Shown here piece after piece: positions 12,410 to 21,781 of a DNA stretch of 64,000 nt. How positions within the stretch are numbered: position 1 is the stretch's first letter; every line of letters begins with the position of its first letter. The notes below the pieces were generated by a model, which saw only the letters and a list, made by a program, of their open reading frames with translations, did not search any database and was not told the origin of the DNA. A program made the translations under genes and the position numbers. Source of the stretch: an uncultured Dehalococcoidia bacterium (GTDB taxonomy: Bacteria > Chloroflexota > Dehalococcoidia > Lucifugimonadales > UBA3495); NCBI GenBank assembly GCA_950072105.1, contig CATMOE010000010.1, forward strand, positions 1-64,000, written 5' to 3'.

Positions 12410-13093
12410 ATGGTCGACGTAGAATTTTTGACCAGCGTGCCTATATTCGCTAGTCTGAAAGAAGAGCAGCTCCAATCTCTGCCCGGCAAGTTGCAGCCGC
12501 GAAGCTACCAGCGGGGCGAGGTGATTTTCCACGAGGACGACCCCGCCGACCGTATGCACATCATCGTCGAGGGCCGGGTGAAGATTTCCATCGCCTCCGA
12601 AGACGGGCGGGAACGGGACATAGCCCTATTTCAATCCGGTGACTGCTTTGGCGAAATGGCCCTGTTGGACGGGTCCAACCGATCGGCGACGGCCACGGCT
12701 GTGGACGCCACCGAAACCATGGTCCTCTTGCGGCAAGATTTCCTTGATTTCCTAGGCGAAAACCCCGAGCTGGCTGCGGACGTAAACGCCCTTCTTGTCC
12801 AGCGGTTGCGCAACGTAAACCAACTGTTGGGAGACATGGTCTTCCTGGACGTGCCTACCCGCGTGGCCAAACAGTTATTGACCTTGGCTGAAACGTATGC
12901 GGCGGATGCCAAGCCTGGGGACGCGATAGTCGTTCCCATGGGACAAGATGAATTGGCCCGCTTGGTGGGCGCCAGCCGGGAAACAGTGAGCCGCGCTCTG
13001 AACAGCTATCGCCGAATGGGGTTCGTGGACACGTCGCACCGGCGCATCACCATCACCGACCTTCCCGGCCTAGAGAGAATGGCCTCGTTCTGA
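12410..13093 (+). CDS. Crp/Fnr family transcriptional regulator
   Basis: cNMP-binding FGEMALL...RSATA and HTH QDELARLVGASRETVSR. Confidence 0.95.
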   Translation: MVDVEFLTSVPIFASLKEEQLQSLPGKLQPRSYQRGEVIFHEDDPADRMHIIVEGRVKISIASEDGRERDIALFQSGDCFGEMALLDGSNRSATATAVDATETMVLLRQDFLDFLGENPELAADVNALLVQRLRNVNQLLGDMVFLDVPTRVAKQLLTLAETYAADAKPGDAIVVPMGQDELARLVGASRETVSRALNSYRRMGFVDTSHRRITITDLPGLERMASF

Positions 13094-13114
13094 GCGTTCC
13101 CAGCCTCAACCCCA

Positions 13115-13130
13115 TGCTATAATTTCCCCA
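13115..13130 (+). promoter_or_regulatory. Extended -10 promoter; probable leaderless pcrA mRNA
   Basis: TGcTATAAT (13115-13123) ends 6 nt before the ATG; no Shine-Dalgarno. Confidence 0.65.
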
Positions 13131-15349
13131 TGACGCCTACCTCCGATATTCTCGAAGGATTGAATCCAGGGCAAAAAGAGGCCGTCGAAACTATCGACGG
13201 CCCTTTGCTTATCATCGCCGGCCCAGGCTCCGGCAAGACCCGGGTCATCACCCACCGTATCGCCTACCTGGTCCGGGTTTGCGGGATCAGCCCCTACCGC
13301 ATCCTCGCCATGACCTTCACCAACAAGGCCGCCCGGGAGATGCGGGACCGGCTGCAGCGGTTGGTGGGCACCCGCGCCGAATCGCTGACCGTGGGCACAT
13401 TTCACTCCTTTTGCGCTCAATTGTTACGGCGGGAAGGGGGTCAGATCGGCCTTTCCTCGAGTTTCACCATCTACGATGCGGACGACCAGCTTTCGTTGAT
13501 CAAGCAGGGCCTACAGATGGCGGATCTGGATCCCAAGCAAACGCCTCCTCAAGCCGTCCGCAGCGTGATATCACGGGCCAAGAGCCTGCTGATGGACTCT
13601 CGAGGCCTGGCCCAGCACAGCCAGAATTATTTCGAGGAGATATCCGCCCGGGTATACCACCACTACGAGGAATTGCTGTCCCGCAACAGCGCCGTGGACT
13701 TCGACGACCTGCTCATGAAGTCTGCCCAATTACTACAAGATCATCCCGAAGTGCGGGATAGGTACCAACAGCGTTACGAGTACTTGATGGTGGACGAGTT
13801 CCAGGACACCAACGTGGCCCAGTACCGGCTGTCCAGCCTTTTGACCGGCGATGATCAGAACATCTGCGTGGTGGGAGATCCGGATCAGTCGATCTACTCA
13901 TGGCGCAGCGCGGACATCCGCAATATTCTCAGCTTCCAAAGCGACTACCCTCGGACCAAAACCATAAACCTGGAGCAGAATTACCGGTCCACCAGCAACA
14001 TCCTGGAAGCCGCCCAAAGCCTGATCTCGGTAAATGGCATGCGCCTGGAAAAGGGCCTATTCACCGAAAACGCCAAAGGAGAGGCAGTCGTGGTTCACGA
14101 GGCCTACGACGAGCAGGAAGAGGCCGGTTTCGCCATCGGCGAGATCGAGCGGCTGGTGCGCCAGGAAAGGATCAAACCGGGTGACTGCGCGGTGATGTAC
14201 CGGGTTAACGCCCAGTCTCGGGCTTTGGAAGAGGCCTGTTTGCACCGGGGGATGCCGTACCGCCTCGTGGGCGGCGTCCGGTTCTACCACCGGCGGGAGG
14301 TCAAAGACCTGATGGCTTACCTCCGCCTGATCCACAACCCATTGGACGAGGTCAACTTGACCAGGGTCATCGGAGTTCCCCCGAGGGGCATCGGAGCCAA
14401 GTCCATGCAGGACCTCACCCGTTGGGCCCGGGAGCAGGACATCACCCTCATGGGAGCCATGCAGCAGATCGCCGCCGCCCGATCCCAAGGTCAACCCAGT
14501 CCGGTCCAGTTGGCTACCCGGGCGTCCAACGCCATCGCAAACTTCGCCGACATGATCGAGGTACTGGTCCAACGGGCCGACCAGGTCCCAATCTTGGATC
14601 TGATCGACCAGGTGTTGGAGGACACCGGTCTCCGGAGTTTCATCCAGAACAGCGACGACCGGCCCGATGAGCGGTGGGACAACGTCAAGGAGTTCCGGAA
14701 CACCGCCCAGGAGTTCAACGCCGAGGATCCGGGAGACGGATTGGCCAGCTTGCTGGAAAAGGTCTCTCTGGTGGCCGACGTCGATAATTACGAAGATTCG
14801 GAAGAGTCATTAACGCTCATCACCTTGCACCAGGCAAAAGGGCTGGAATTCCCGGTAGTCTTCATCGTCGGTTTGGAGGAAGGCTTACTTCCTCACAGCC
14901 GTTCCATGGATAGCGAAGAACAATTGGAAGAGGAGCGGCGGCTATGCTACGTGGGCATCACCCGCGCCCAGCGGCGGCTCTACTTGGTGAGAGCCTTTCG
15001 CCGCGGTTTTATGGGGAACAGCGGCCCTACTATGTCGTCCCGCTTCCTGCGGGAGATTCCCGCCAACCTGGTAGCCCCCGCTCATCAAACTCAGACTAAA
15101 CCTAAGCCGTCAACGCCCATCAACCGCAACAACTGGTCGACGCCCGTCAACGGAGATGTCACCCCCACTCCCGTTCGCGCGGTGCCCGGTATCGGCGATC
15201 TCGTCCGTCACACCACCTTCGGAGAAGGAGTGGTCATGGAATGCCTGGCCGTCTCCGGCGACCACGAAGTAACCGTCCACTTCAAAGGCCAAGTAGGAAT
15301 CAAACGCCTCCTCCTCAGCTTCGCCCCCCTGGAAAAGATCGAAGGGTAG
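13130..15349 (+). CDS. pcrA: PcrA/UvrD ATP-dependent DNA helicase
   Basis: AGPGSGKT, TFTNKAA, VDEFQD, QSIYSWR, HQAKGLEF, EERRLCYVGITRA; C-terminal Tudor domain. Confidence 0.96.
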   Translation: MTPTSDILEGLNPGQKEAVETIDGPLLIIAGPGSGKTRVITHRIAYLVRVCGISPYRILAMTFTNKAAREMRDRLQRLVGTRAESLTVGTFHSFCAQLLRREGGQIGLSSSFTIYDADDQLSLIKQGLQMADLDPKQTPPQAVRSVISRAKSLLMDSRGLAQHSQNYFEEISARVYHHYEELLSRNSAVDFDDLLMKSAQLLQDHPEVRDRYQQRYEYLMVDEFQDTNVAQYRLSSLLTGDDQNICVVGDPDQSIYSWRSADIRNILSFQSDYPRTKTINLEQNYRSTSNILEAAQSLISVNGMRLEKGLFTENAKGEAVVVHEAYDEQEEAGFAIGEIERLVRQERIKPGDCAVMYRVNAQSRALEEACLHRGMPYRLVGGVRFYHRREVKDLMAYLRLIHNPLDEVNLTRVIGVPPRGIGAKSMQDLTRWAREQDITLMGAMQQIAAARSQGQPSPVQLATRASNAIANFADMIEVLVQRADQVPILDLIDQVLEDTGLRSFIQNSDDRPDERWDNVKEFRNTAQEFNAEDPGDGLASLLEKVSLVADVDNYEDSEESLTLITLHQAKGLEFPVVFIVGLEEGLLPHSRSMDSEEQLEEERRLCYVGITRAQRRLYLVRAFRRGFMGNSGPTMSSRFLREIPANLVAPAHQTQTKPKPSTPINRNNWSTPVNGDVTPTPVRAVPGIGDLVRHTTFGEGVVMECLAVSGDHEVTVHFKGQVGIKRLLLSFAPLEKIEG

Positions 15350-15482
15350 CTAGCGGTCAGCGGTCAGCGGTCTACCAATTTTTTGAAGGCCATACGCCTA
15401 TCTTCCCCCTTTCGTAAGGGGGGACCGAGGGGGATTTCCCCGCCACACCAATCAACTTGCTGAAGGCTGACGGCTGATAGCT
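15348..15482. repeat. Inverted heptamer tandem arrays enclosing a CCCCCTT..AAGGGGG palindrome
   Basis: (agcggtc)n at ~15352-15372 faces gctgaag-gctgacg-gctgata-gct at 15459-15482; tcccccttt-cgt-aagggggga at 15404-15424. Confidence 0.75.
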
Positions 15483-15558
15483 CACGCCTCCCCGTCATTG
15501 ACAGATGCCGCCACCAAGGCGATGATGGTCCAAAATCCCCCACGTCAGGAGCGACATA

Positions 15559-16653
15559 ATGAAAGCCGCCGTTTTCTACGAAGTCAACCAACCTCTGGTC
15601 GTTGAGGAAGTCGAGTTGGACGACCCTAAAGCCGGTGAGGTGATGGTCAAGATCGGGGCCGCCGGCGTCTGCCGGTCAGACCGGCACTTCATGCACGGGG
15701 ACGCCCCCATCGCCCGGCCCGTGGTTTTGGGACACGAGGGAGCGGGCACCGTGGAAAAAGTGGGACCCGGCGTTACGTCGGTTCACCCGGGTGACCAGGT
15801 CATCCTTTCATTCGTGCCGGCTTGCGGCCTCTGCAAGTCTTGCCTAGAAGGGCATTCCAATCTTTGCGACAGCCATGCGGCCACCGGTCCCTTCATGTAC
15901 GACGGGACTACCCGGCTGCATAAGGGTGACCAAGCCATCCACCACATGGGTAAGGTTGCCTGCTTCGCCGAATACGCCGTAGTGCCCGAGACCGGTTGCG
16001 TGCCGGTTCCGTCGCCCATCCCCATGGATAAGGCCGCGATGATCGGCTGCTGCGTGCCCACCGGAGTCGGGGCCGTCCTGTTCAGCGCCAAGGTCACGCC
16101 GGGCAGCACCGTAGCGGTTGTAGGCTGCGGCGGAGTGGGTCTGAACGTCATCATGGGCGCCAAACTGGTGAATGCCGCCAAGATAATCGCCGTGGACATT
16201 CGGGAGAGCCAGTTGGAGTTCGCGATGAAATTCGGCGCAACCCACTCGGTCAATGCCTCGGATCGGGACCCGGTGGCTCAGGTAAAGGAGCTGACCGGCG
16301 GCAAGGGCGCCGATTTTACGTTCGAAGTTTTCGGCTCGGCCGATACCACCAAAGCCGCCTACGACATGTGCGGCAAGCGCGGGACGGTGACCGTCGTGGG
16401 CATCGCGCCCATCGGCGCTGAGGCCTCCATCAACGCCGTCGACCTGGTACGCAACGAAAAAACCCTGCGGGGGACTTACTACGGTTCGGCCCGCTCCCGC
16501 ACCGACATGCCCACCATGGTGGACATGTACCAATCGGGAAAACTGAACCTGGACGACTTGGTGGTCCGCCACTACTCCTTGGACCAGATCAACGAAGCCT
16601 ACGACGACATGGACAAGGGCGAGGTTGGCCGGGGGGCGATCGTCTTCGACTAG
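15559..16653 (+). CDS. Zn-dependent alcohol dehydrogenase (class III-like)
   Basis: GVCRSD, GHEGAG, CGLCKSC...C structural Zn site, GCGGVG. Confidence 0.93.
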   Translation: MKAAVFYEVNQPLVVEEVELDDPKAGEVMVKIGAAGVCRSDRHFMHGDAPIARPVVLGHEGAGTVEKVGPGVTSVHPGDQVILSFVPACGLCKSCLEGHSNLCDSHAATGPFMYDGTTRLHKGDQAIHHMGKVACFAEYAVVPETGCVPVPSPIPMDKAAMIGCCVPTGVGAVLFSAKVTPGSTVAVVGCGGVGLNVIMGAKLVNAAKIIAVDIRESQLEFAMKFGATHSVNASDRDPVAQVKELTGGKGADFTFEVFGSADTTKAAYDMCGKRGTVTVVGIAPIGAEASINAVDLVRNEKTLRGTYYGSARSRTDMPTMVDMYQSGKLNLDDLVVRHYSLDQINEAYDDMDKGEVGRGAIVFD

Positions 16654-16852
16654 CTAACAGCGGTCAGCGGTCAGCCGCCAGCCAATAAATCCAGATGTGT
16701 TTTTGGGCAGAATAATGCCGCGTTATCGTAGTCCGGCGCAATTAGGATACCGGAGGCTTTACGCCTTTGGTGGAGATAGTACAGAGTTAATGGTTATGAC
16801 ACTCGGCTTGTGGCCCGCGGTCCTGAGCGCTGAAAGCTGATGGCTGATAGCT
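16652..16852. repeat. Second pair of inverted heptamer arrays
   Basis: cagcggt-cagcggt-cagccgc-cagcc at ~16658-16683 and ctgagcg-ctgaaag-ctgatgg-ctgatag-ct at 16823-16852; a lone array also at 17644-17663. Confidence 0.7.
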
Positions 16853-17292
16853 CAAATTCCGACCCAATCACCGTCAAGCTGGTTGAAACCAAGGCTGAGT
16901 TGGAATCGGCCATCAGCGTGCGCTTCCGTGTGTTCGTTGCGGAGCAAAACGTACCGCCAGAAGAGGAGTTGGACGAGGAAGACGCCGCCGCCACTCACGT
17001 CATCGCGTTGCATCACGGAAGCATCGTTGGCACCGGGCGTCTGCTGTCCGGAGAACCTGCCGTCGCCATCATCGGTCGGATGGCGGTGGATAAGAGTTGG
17101 CGCAGGCAAGGGGTAGGAGGCCTGATCCTAGAGTTCCTGGAGGACGAGGCCCGGACCCAAGGGATGCGCCAAAGCGTCCTTCACGCCCAAGAGTACGTCA
17201 AGAGTTTCTATGCCGCCCACGGCTACCGGGAACACGGGGACCCCTTCATGGAAGTGGACATTCTCCACATCGAGATGCGCAAAGACCTCTAG
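16840..17292 (+). CDS. GNAT N-acetyltransferase (ElaA/YjcF-like)
   Basis: RFRVFVAEQNVP..EE.D, IGRMAV..RRQGVG, LHAQ, FY..HGY motifs. Confidence 0.9.
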   Translation: MADSSNSDPITVKLVETKAELESAISVRFRVFVAEQNVPPEEELDEEDAAATHVIALHHGSIVGTGRLLSGEPAVAIIGRMAVDKSWRRQGVGGLILEFLEDEARTQGMRQSVLHAQEYVKSFYAAHGYREHGDPFMEVDILHIEMRKDL

Positions 17293-17299
17293 TTGGGTC

Positions 17300-17605
17300 C
17301 TAGGCCGCTACAGGAACCTTTTCAATGACCCTAACTTCCATCTTGGCGATGTGGCTGGTAGGCAGGCCGCCGAGAGCGGAACGCCCCGGAGAGGCGAAGT
17401 AGGCGGCTTCCTTTTCCGGAATCTCTTCAACGCTGTTAAACGACCGGACCCAAAGAAATTCGGTACGGTCGGCGTTGATCCAACTGGCCTCGATCGGAAT
17501 TCCCAATCCCTGATGTATGGGCCGGATGTGTTCCTCGAACAACTTGAGCCAGGAGTCCATCATCCCACTATTGATCGTGTAGATCCGCAACTGTGAAACC
17601 ATCAC
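17300..17605 (-). CDS. NIPSNAP family protein
   Basis: QLRIYTI..G, FLWVRSF pattern; 101 aa. Confidence 0.8.
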   Translation of the reverse strand: MMVSQLRIYTINSGMMDSWLKLFEEHIRPIHQGLGIPIEASWINADRTEFLWVRSFNSVEEIPEKEAAYFASPGRSALGGLPTSHIAKMEVRVIEKVPVAA

Positions 17606-17661
17606 TCTTCTCCTACGTAGATTACGCGGTTAACATTTGGCTTAAAGCTGATCGCTGATAG

Positions 17662-18750
17662 CTAGGCCACTTGGTATTGCTTGATTGTCTCTTGGTTGAA
17701 TGCCAGCCCCAACCCGGGTTTGTCCGGCACCACAAGCTCTCCGTTTTCCATCTTGGGTGTTTCTTCCCAAAGCCGCAGGGTCCAAGGCATGTACTCGACC
17801 GTCAATCCGTTGGGTATGGCCGAGATCAAATGAACGTGGATTTCGGGCACCAGGTGACTTACCACCGGGATGTTGAACGCCTCGGCCATGCCGGCCACCT
17901 TTTTCCACTGGGTGATTCCGCCTACCCGAAGCAGGTCGATCATTACGATGTCGATGGACCGGTTCTCCAACATCTGGCGGAAGGGCGTGATCCCATAGAC
18001 GTACTCACCGGCCGCGATGGGCGTGGTCAAGGCGTCGGCCACCCGGGCCAGTCCTTGGTAGTCGTCTTGGGCCACCACGTCTTCCAGCCAAAAGAGGTTG
18101 TACTCTTCGACCCTCTTGCCGATCTGTATGGCCTGGTTTACGTTCCATAGCTGGTTGATGTCGCACATCAGGTCTATGTCCGGTCCGATGCCTTCACGCA
18201 TCACCCGCATCCGCTCCACTTCCAGAGCGGCCGTGGGCTCGGCTCCCATCTGCGTCTTCATCTGCTTGAATCCCATCTCTACCAGGCGAGGCCCCGCCTC
18301 GGCCAAGTATTCCAGGTTCATCGGCCGCATCAGCGCGCCGCTGGCGTAGGTAGGCGCCCGGTCCCGGTAGCCGCCCAAGAGCGAGCTAACCGTTACGTTC
18401 AACGCCTTGCCTTTAATGTCCCATAGGGCCATGTCCACCGCCGAAAGGGCCAGGGTGAAGATGCCTCCCGGTCCGGAGCCGCTGCCGGCGGCGCGCAGGT
18501 CCGCCACGATGGACTCGACGGGCATGGGGTCTCGTCCGATGACCAATCCGCTGAGAGTGTCCACCGCCGCTCTAAGGGCGTTGGTTAACGCAGCTCCGAA
18601 AAAAGTTACGCCTACTCCCTGGATGCCCTCATCCGTTTCCAGTTCCAGTGTTACAAATTCCCGAGTAGCGTCCCCCACCGGCATACCCACTACCAAAGGG
18701 TTATCCGCTGGGGTCTGGATGATACGAGTCGTCGCGCGTGTTACTTTCAT
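17662..18750 (-). CDS. Mandelate racemase / muconate lactonizing enzyme family protein
   Basis: SAVDMALWDIKGK, KQMK, DINQ, WLED, AGE, VSH motifs. Confidence 0.92.
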   Translation of the reverse strand: MKVTRATTRIIQTPADNPLVVGMPVGDATREFVTLELETDEGIQGVGVTFFGAALTNALRAAVDTLSGLVIGRDPMPVESIVADLRAAGSGSGPGGIFTLALSAVDMALWDIKGKALNVTVSSLLGGYRDRAPTYASGALMRPMNLEYLAEAGPRLVEMGFKQMKTQMGAEPTAALEVERMRVMREGIGPDIDLMCDINQLWNVNQAIQIGKRVEEYNLFWLEDVVAQDDYQGLARVADALTTPIAAGEYVYGITPFRQMLENRSIDIVMIDLLRVGGITQWKKVAGMAEAFNIPVVSHLVPEIHVHLISAIPNGLTVEYMPWTLRLWEETPKMENGELVVPDKPGLGLAFNQETIKQYQVA

Positions 18751-18942
18751 GTCCCTCTTTCTTCTTTAACAATGCATGTTGGGGTATCCGATCCGAACGC
18801 AAGACTGGCAAGGTCCGAATTTGGAGCCTCATTCTATCACAGGCTCAGCGACCACCGTCGCGCCGAGCCTTTCGTCAGTCTGGCCCTTCCGCAGAAGGGG
18901 AATCCAGACCCAGGCGTGGATAAATCCGGATTTGTCCGGCGG

Positions 18943-19000
18943 TTGACATCGAGTCCTTAGCTGGTTATGATACTTAACGTGGTTTAGTAAACCCGGTTTA
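18943..19000 (+). promoter_or_regulatory. Sigma70 promoter with overlapping palindromic operators
   Basis: TTGACA(18943)-17 nt-TATGAT(18966); GGTTTA-G-TAAACC (18981-18993) overlaps TAAACC-C-GGTTTA (18988-19000). Confidence 0.75.
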
Positions 19001-19020
19001 GTTACGTAGACGCAGGGAAG

Positions 19021-19425
19021 ATGACTATACAGTTAAACAAACAATCGATGCGGGACGAGGCGTACTGGGAGAACCTGGTTAAGCGCAGCCTTTGCCGGTT
19101 CCTCTTGCTGGGCCAACTGGCCAAGGGTCCAGTGCATGGATACCAGCTTAACCTGGCCATCCGGGACGCCTGTCAGGGTTGCTGCGAACCCACCGAGGCC
19201 ATGGTTTACTCCACTATGAAGGAACTGGTGGAGGGGGGCTACGTGGTTTACCGGATGGAGGAGCACCTGGGGCGCAAACGTAGGGTCTGCTGGCTAACAG
19301 ACGAGGGCAAGGAGGCGTTCCGGGCGGCCGGCCGGGTGTGGCAAAAGATGCTACCCACGGTAGAGGAAACGGTGGCACAAGCGCTTGGAACTCAAGACGA
19401 TGTTCCAATAGGGCGACAAAACTAA
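19021..19425 (+). CDS. PadR family regulator with CQGCC motif
   Basis: GPVHGYQL, VYSTMKELVEGGYV, RKRRVCWLTDEG winged helix. Confidence 0.88.
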   Translation: MTIQLNKQSMRDEAYWENLVKRSLCRFLLLGQLAKGPVHGYQLNLAIRDACQGCCEPTEAMVYSTMKELVEGGYVVYRMEEHLGRKRRVCWLTDEGKEAFRAAGRVWQKMLPTVEETVAQALGTQDDVPIGRQN

Positions 19426-19442
19426 AGATTAGGAGTATGGCA

Positions 19443-20222
19443 ATGACTACGAACTCAGAAGAGATCAAGCGGCTGGTGCGAGAGAGATACGGGGCCCGGG
19501 CCAAGGGAGTCATCGAACTCACCGTGGTCCAGCCTGACTGTGGCAGCGATCCAGGGTGCTGCAGCCCGGCGGACACGGAGCGTGCGCTCCGCCTTTACAC
19601 GGAGGGTCAGATCGCCGGACTACCCGCGGAATCCATCGCCGCCTCGGCGGGCTGCGGCAATCCCACCGCCCTGGCCGGTTTGAAAGTCGGTGAGAGGGTG
19701 CTTGACCTGGGCTCCGGAGGCGGAATCGACTGCTTTCTAGCGTCCCAGCAGGTGGGACCGGGAGGCCACGTCACCGGCCTGGACATGACCGACGACATGC
19801 TGAATCTAGCCCGTAAGAACCAGGCCAACCTGGGCATCACCAACGTGGAGTTCGTCAAAGGCGAGATTGAAAATATGCCACTCCCCGACGCAAACGTGGA
19901 CGTGGTCATATCCAACTGCGTAGTCTGCCTGTCCCCCGATAAGGACGCCGTCTTTCGTGAGTCCTTCCGGGTCTTATCCCCCGGCGGCCGCCTTCATCTC
20001 TCGGACATGATGTCCATGACCGACGAAGGCCCAACCCGCACCGACCCCGAAGCCTGGGCTTCATGTATCGCCGGGGCCGAGCACCGGGACATCTACCTGG
20101 GACGGCTAAGGGATGCAGGCTTCGTGGACATCGACATCTCCGAAGAGAACATCCGGTTCGACGACGAAGGCGTCCCCATGAACGTGGTCAGCGTCAAGGT
20201 CGTGGCCAGAAAACCCGCCTAG
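19443..20222 (+). CDS. arsM: Arsenite S-adenosylmethionine methyltransferase
   Basis: GCC, GCGNP, VLDLGSGGGIDCF, ISNCV, WASCIAGA; AGGAG RBS at 19431. Confidence 0.88.
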   Translation: MTTNSEEIKRLVRERYGARAKGVIELTVVQPDCGSDPGCCSPADTERALRLYTEGQIAGLPAESIAASAGCGNPTALAGLKVGERVLDLGSGGGIDCFLASQQVGPGGHVTGLDMTDDMLNLARKNQANLGITNVEFVKGEIENMPLPDANVDVVISNCVVCLSPDKDAVFRESFRVLSPGGRLHLSDMMSMTDEGPTRTDPEAWASCIAGAEHRDIYLGRLRDAGFVDIDISEENIRFDDEGVPMNVVSVKVVARKPA

Positions 20223-20249
20223 AACCCTACCGCTATCACAAGGGAAAAA

Positions 20250-20277
20250 GTAGGGGCGCACGGCCGTGCGCCCCTAC
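20250..20277. repeat. GTAG-type REP palindrome
   Basis: Perfect 28-bp palindrome gtaggggcgcacggccgtgcgcccctac between convergent genes. Confidence 0.85.
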
Positions 20278-20351
20278 TACTTTGAGAGCCTGAACCTCCC
20301 TCCTTGCGAAGGGGGACTATAGGTGGGTCGTGTTCTGATTGGCGCCACCCA

Positions 20352-21065
20352 TTACTCCAGTTGAAAGACCTTGAACGCCTCGGCGAATTCGAACCCCACT
20401 TTCTTCCCGGTGCTGTTGCGCCATTGCCTCATGTCGACCTCAGCGTCCTCTTCCGATACCTGGGTCTGATGTGCCTTCAAGGCGTCCACGGCGGTATCCA
20501 TATAGGCGCTCACGTCCACGAACTTGTCGGCCGTGTCGCCGTGGAACATCATCCAGACTTCCTTCACCTTATGGGGTTCAAGCCCTTCCCGGAGTAACTC
20601 TGGGAAAGTTAGGCGGTCTCTGGAACTGGGGAACACGGCGGACAGGGCCGCTTCTCCCGAGGCGAAGTGGTCGGGATGGCCCAGATAGCCTTCACCGTCC
20701 ACGCTCCGCACCGGATTCATGCAGATCAGCACATCGGGCCGGTGTCGGCGGATCTCCCGGGCAATGTCCCGGCGCAGCTCTAACGTCGGCTCCAGCATGG
20801 AGTCCTCGTATCCCAAGAAGACGATGTCTTTCAACCCAAGCACCTTCCCAGCGTCCAGTTGCTCCTGTTTGCGAATCTCCACCAGCCGTCCGCTGGTCAT
20901 CTCCGGGTCTTCGCTGCCTTTACTGCCGTCGGTGCACAGAACGTACACCACCTCCCAACCTTCGGCGCACCACTTGGCCACCGTTCCGGCGCATCCCCAC
21001 TCGGCGTCGTCGGCATGGGCAACCACCACCATGGCACGCTGGTGATGCGCTCCATCGCTAGCCAT
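20352..21065 (-). CDS. PIG-L / LmbE family deacetylase
   Basis: AHADDAE, TDGSKG, HPDH, AHQTQ motifs; GGAGG RBS favours the ATG at 21065. Confidence 0.9.
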   Translation of the reverse strand: MASDGAHHQRAMVVVAHADDAEWGCAGTVAKWCAEGWEVVYVLCTDGSKGSEDPEMTSGRLVEIRKQEQLDAGKVLGLKDIVFLGYEDSMLEPTLELRRDIAREIRRHRPDVLICMNPVRSVDGEGYLGHPDHFASGEAALSAVFPSSRDRLTFPELLREGLEPHKVKEVWMMFHGDTADKFVDVSAYMDTAVDALKAHQTQVSEEDAEVDMRQWRNSTGKKVGFEFAEAFKVFQLE

Positions 21066-21316
21066 TGAATCCATCCTCCGTTGTGTCTGATGGTCTCGAT
21101 CAAACCCAGAAAAACACCCTCAGGTGTTGGTTTGATCTACCAGACCTGAGGGTCCTTGGGCCGAGGTCATCTAATTTCATTCAGTGATTCCCAGTTTAGC
21201 ACAGGACTGGTGCGGTCTAGTCTCCCGATCCTTGCTATCGAAAGGCGCCGATGCTAGCCTTGAAATACCTCGACATTGCCACGTCCGGTTAACGAACTCA
21301 GGCGACTGGAGCAACC

Positions 21317-21742
21317 ATGCCCAGACTCTGGGCCAAAACGGTAACCTACGATTCCGTCTCCGTGGGCGACCAACTTCCCATCCTGGCCAAGTGGGAGACG
21401 GAGGAAACCATCGCCGGCTTCAACTCCCTTTTACATCCCGGCGACGAGCCAAAAAGTTCTACGCCCTCCGCCGCCGGACAAGCCTCTGTTCCCGCCCTGT
21501 CCGCCTACGTTTTGGAGTTGTTGGAGAAGGGCTTCCCCATCGCCAGCATCCTTGCGGCCGGCAGCAGCCTGGCGATCGAATCGATACTTCCGGTACATGC
21601 TGAAGATGTAATTACATTAACTGGACGGGTGGTGGATAAACGGCAGGAAGGAGACCGGCGGGTGATAGCTTGCCAGGTGTTGGTGGAAAATCAGGACGGA
21701 CAAACCGTGGCCGAAGCCTTAGCCGAAGTCTGCTTGCCGTAA
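21317..21742 (+). CDS. MaoC-like hotdog-fold protein
   Basis: VGDQLP...PVHAEDVITLTGRVVDK...VENQDG pattern. Confidence 0.7.
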   Translation: MPRLWAKTVTYDSVSVGDQLPILAKWETEETIAGFNSLLHPGDEPKSSTPSAAGQASVPALSAYVLELLEKGFPIASILAAGSSLAIESILPVHAEDVITLTGRVVDKRQEGDRRVIACQVLVENQDGQTVAEALAEVCLP

Positions 21743-21781
21743 TACAAGTGCCAGATGGGTTACGCGTATGGGGTCCGGTAT

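Noticed and set aside
15348..16852. Short repeats as a CRISPR array
   Set aside because: Units are 7 nt with no unique spacers, and there are no cas genes.
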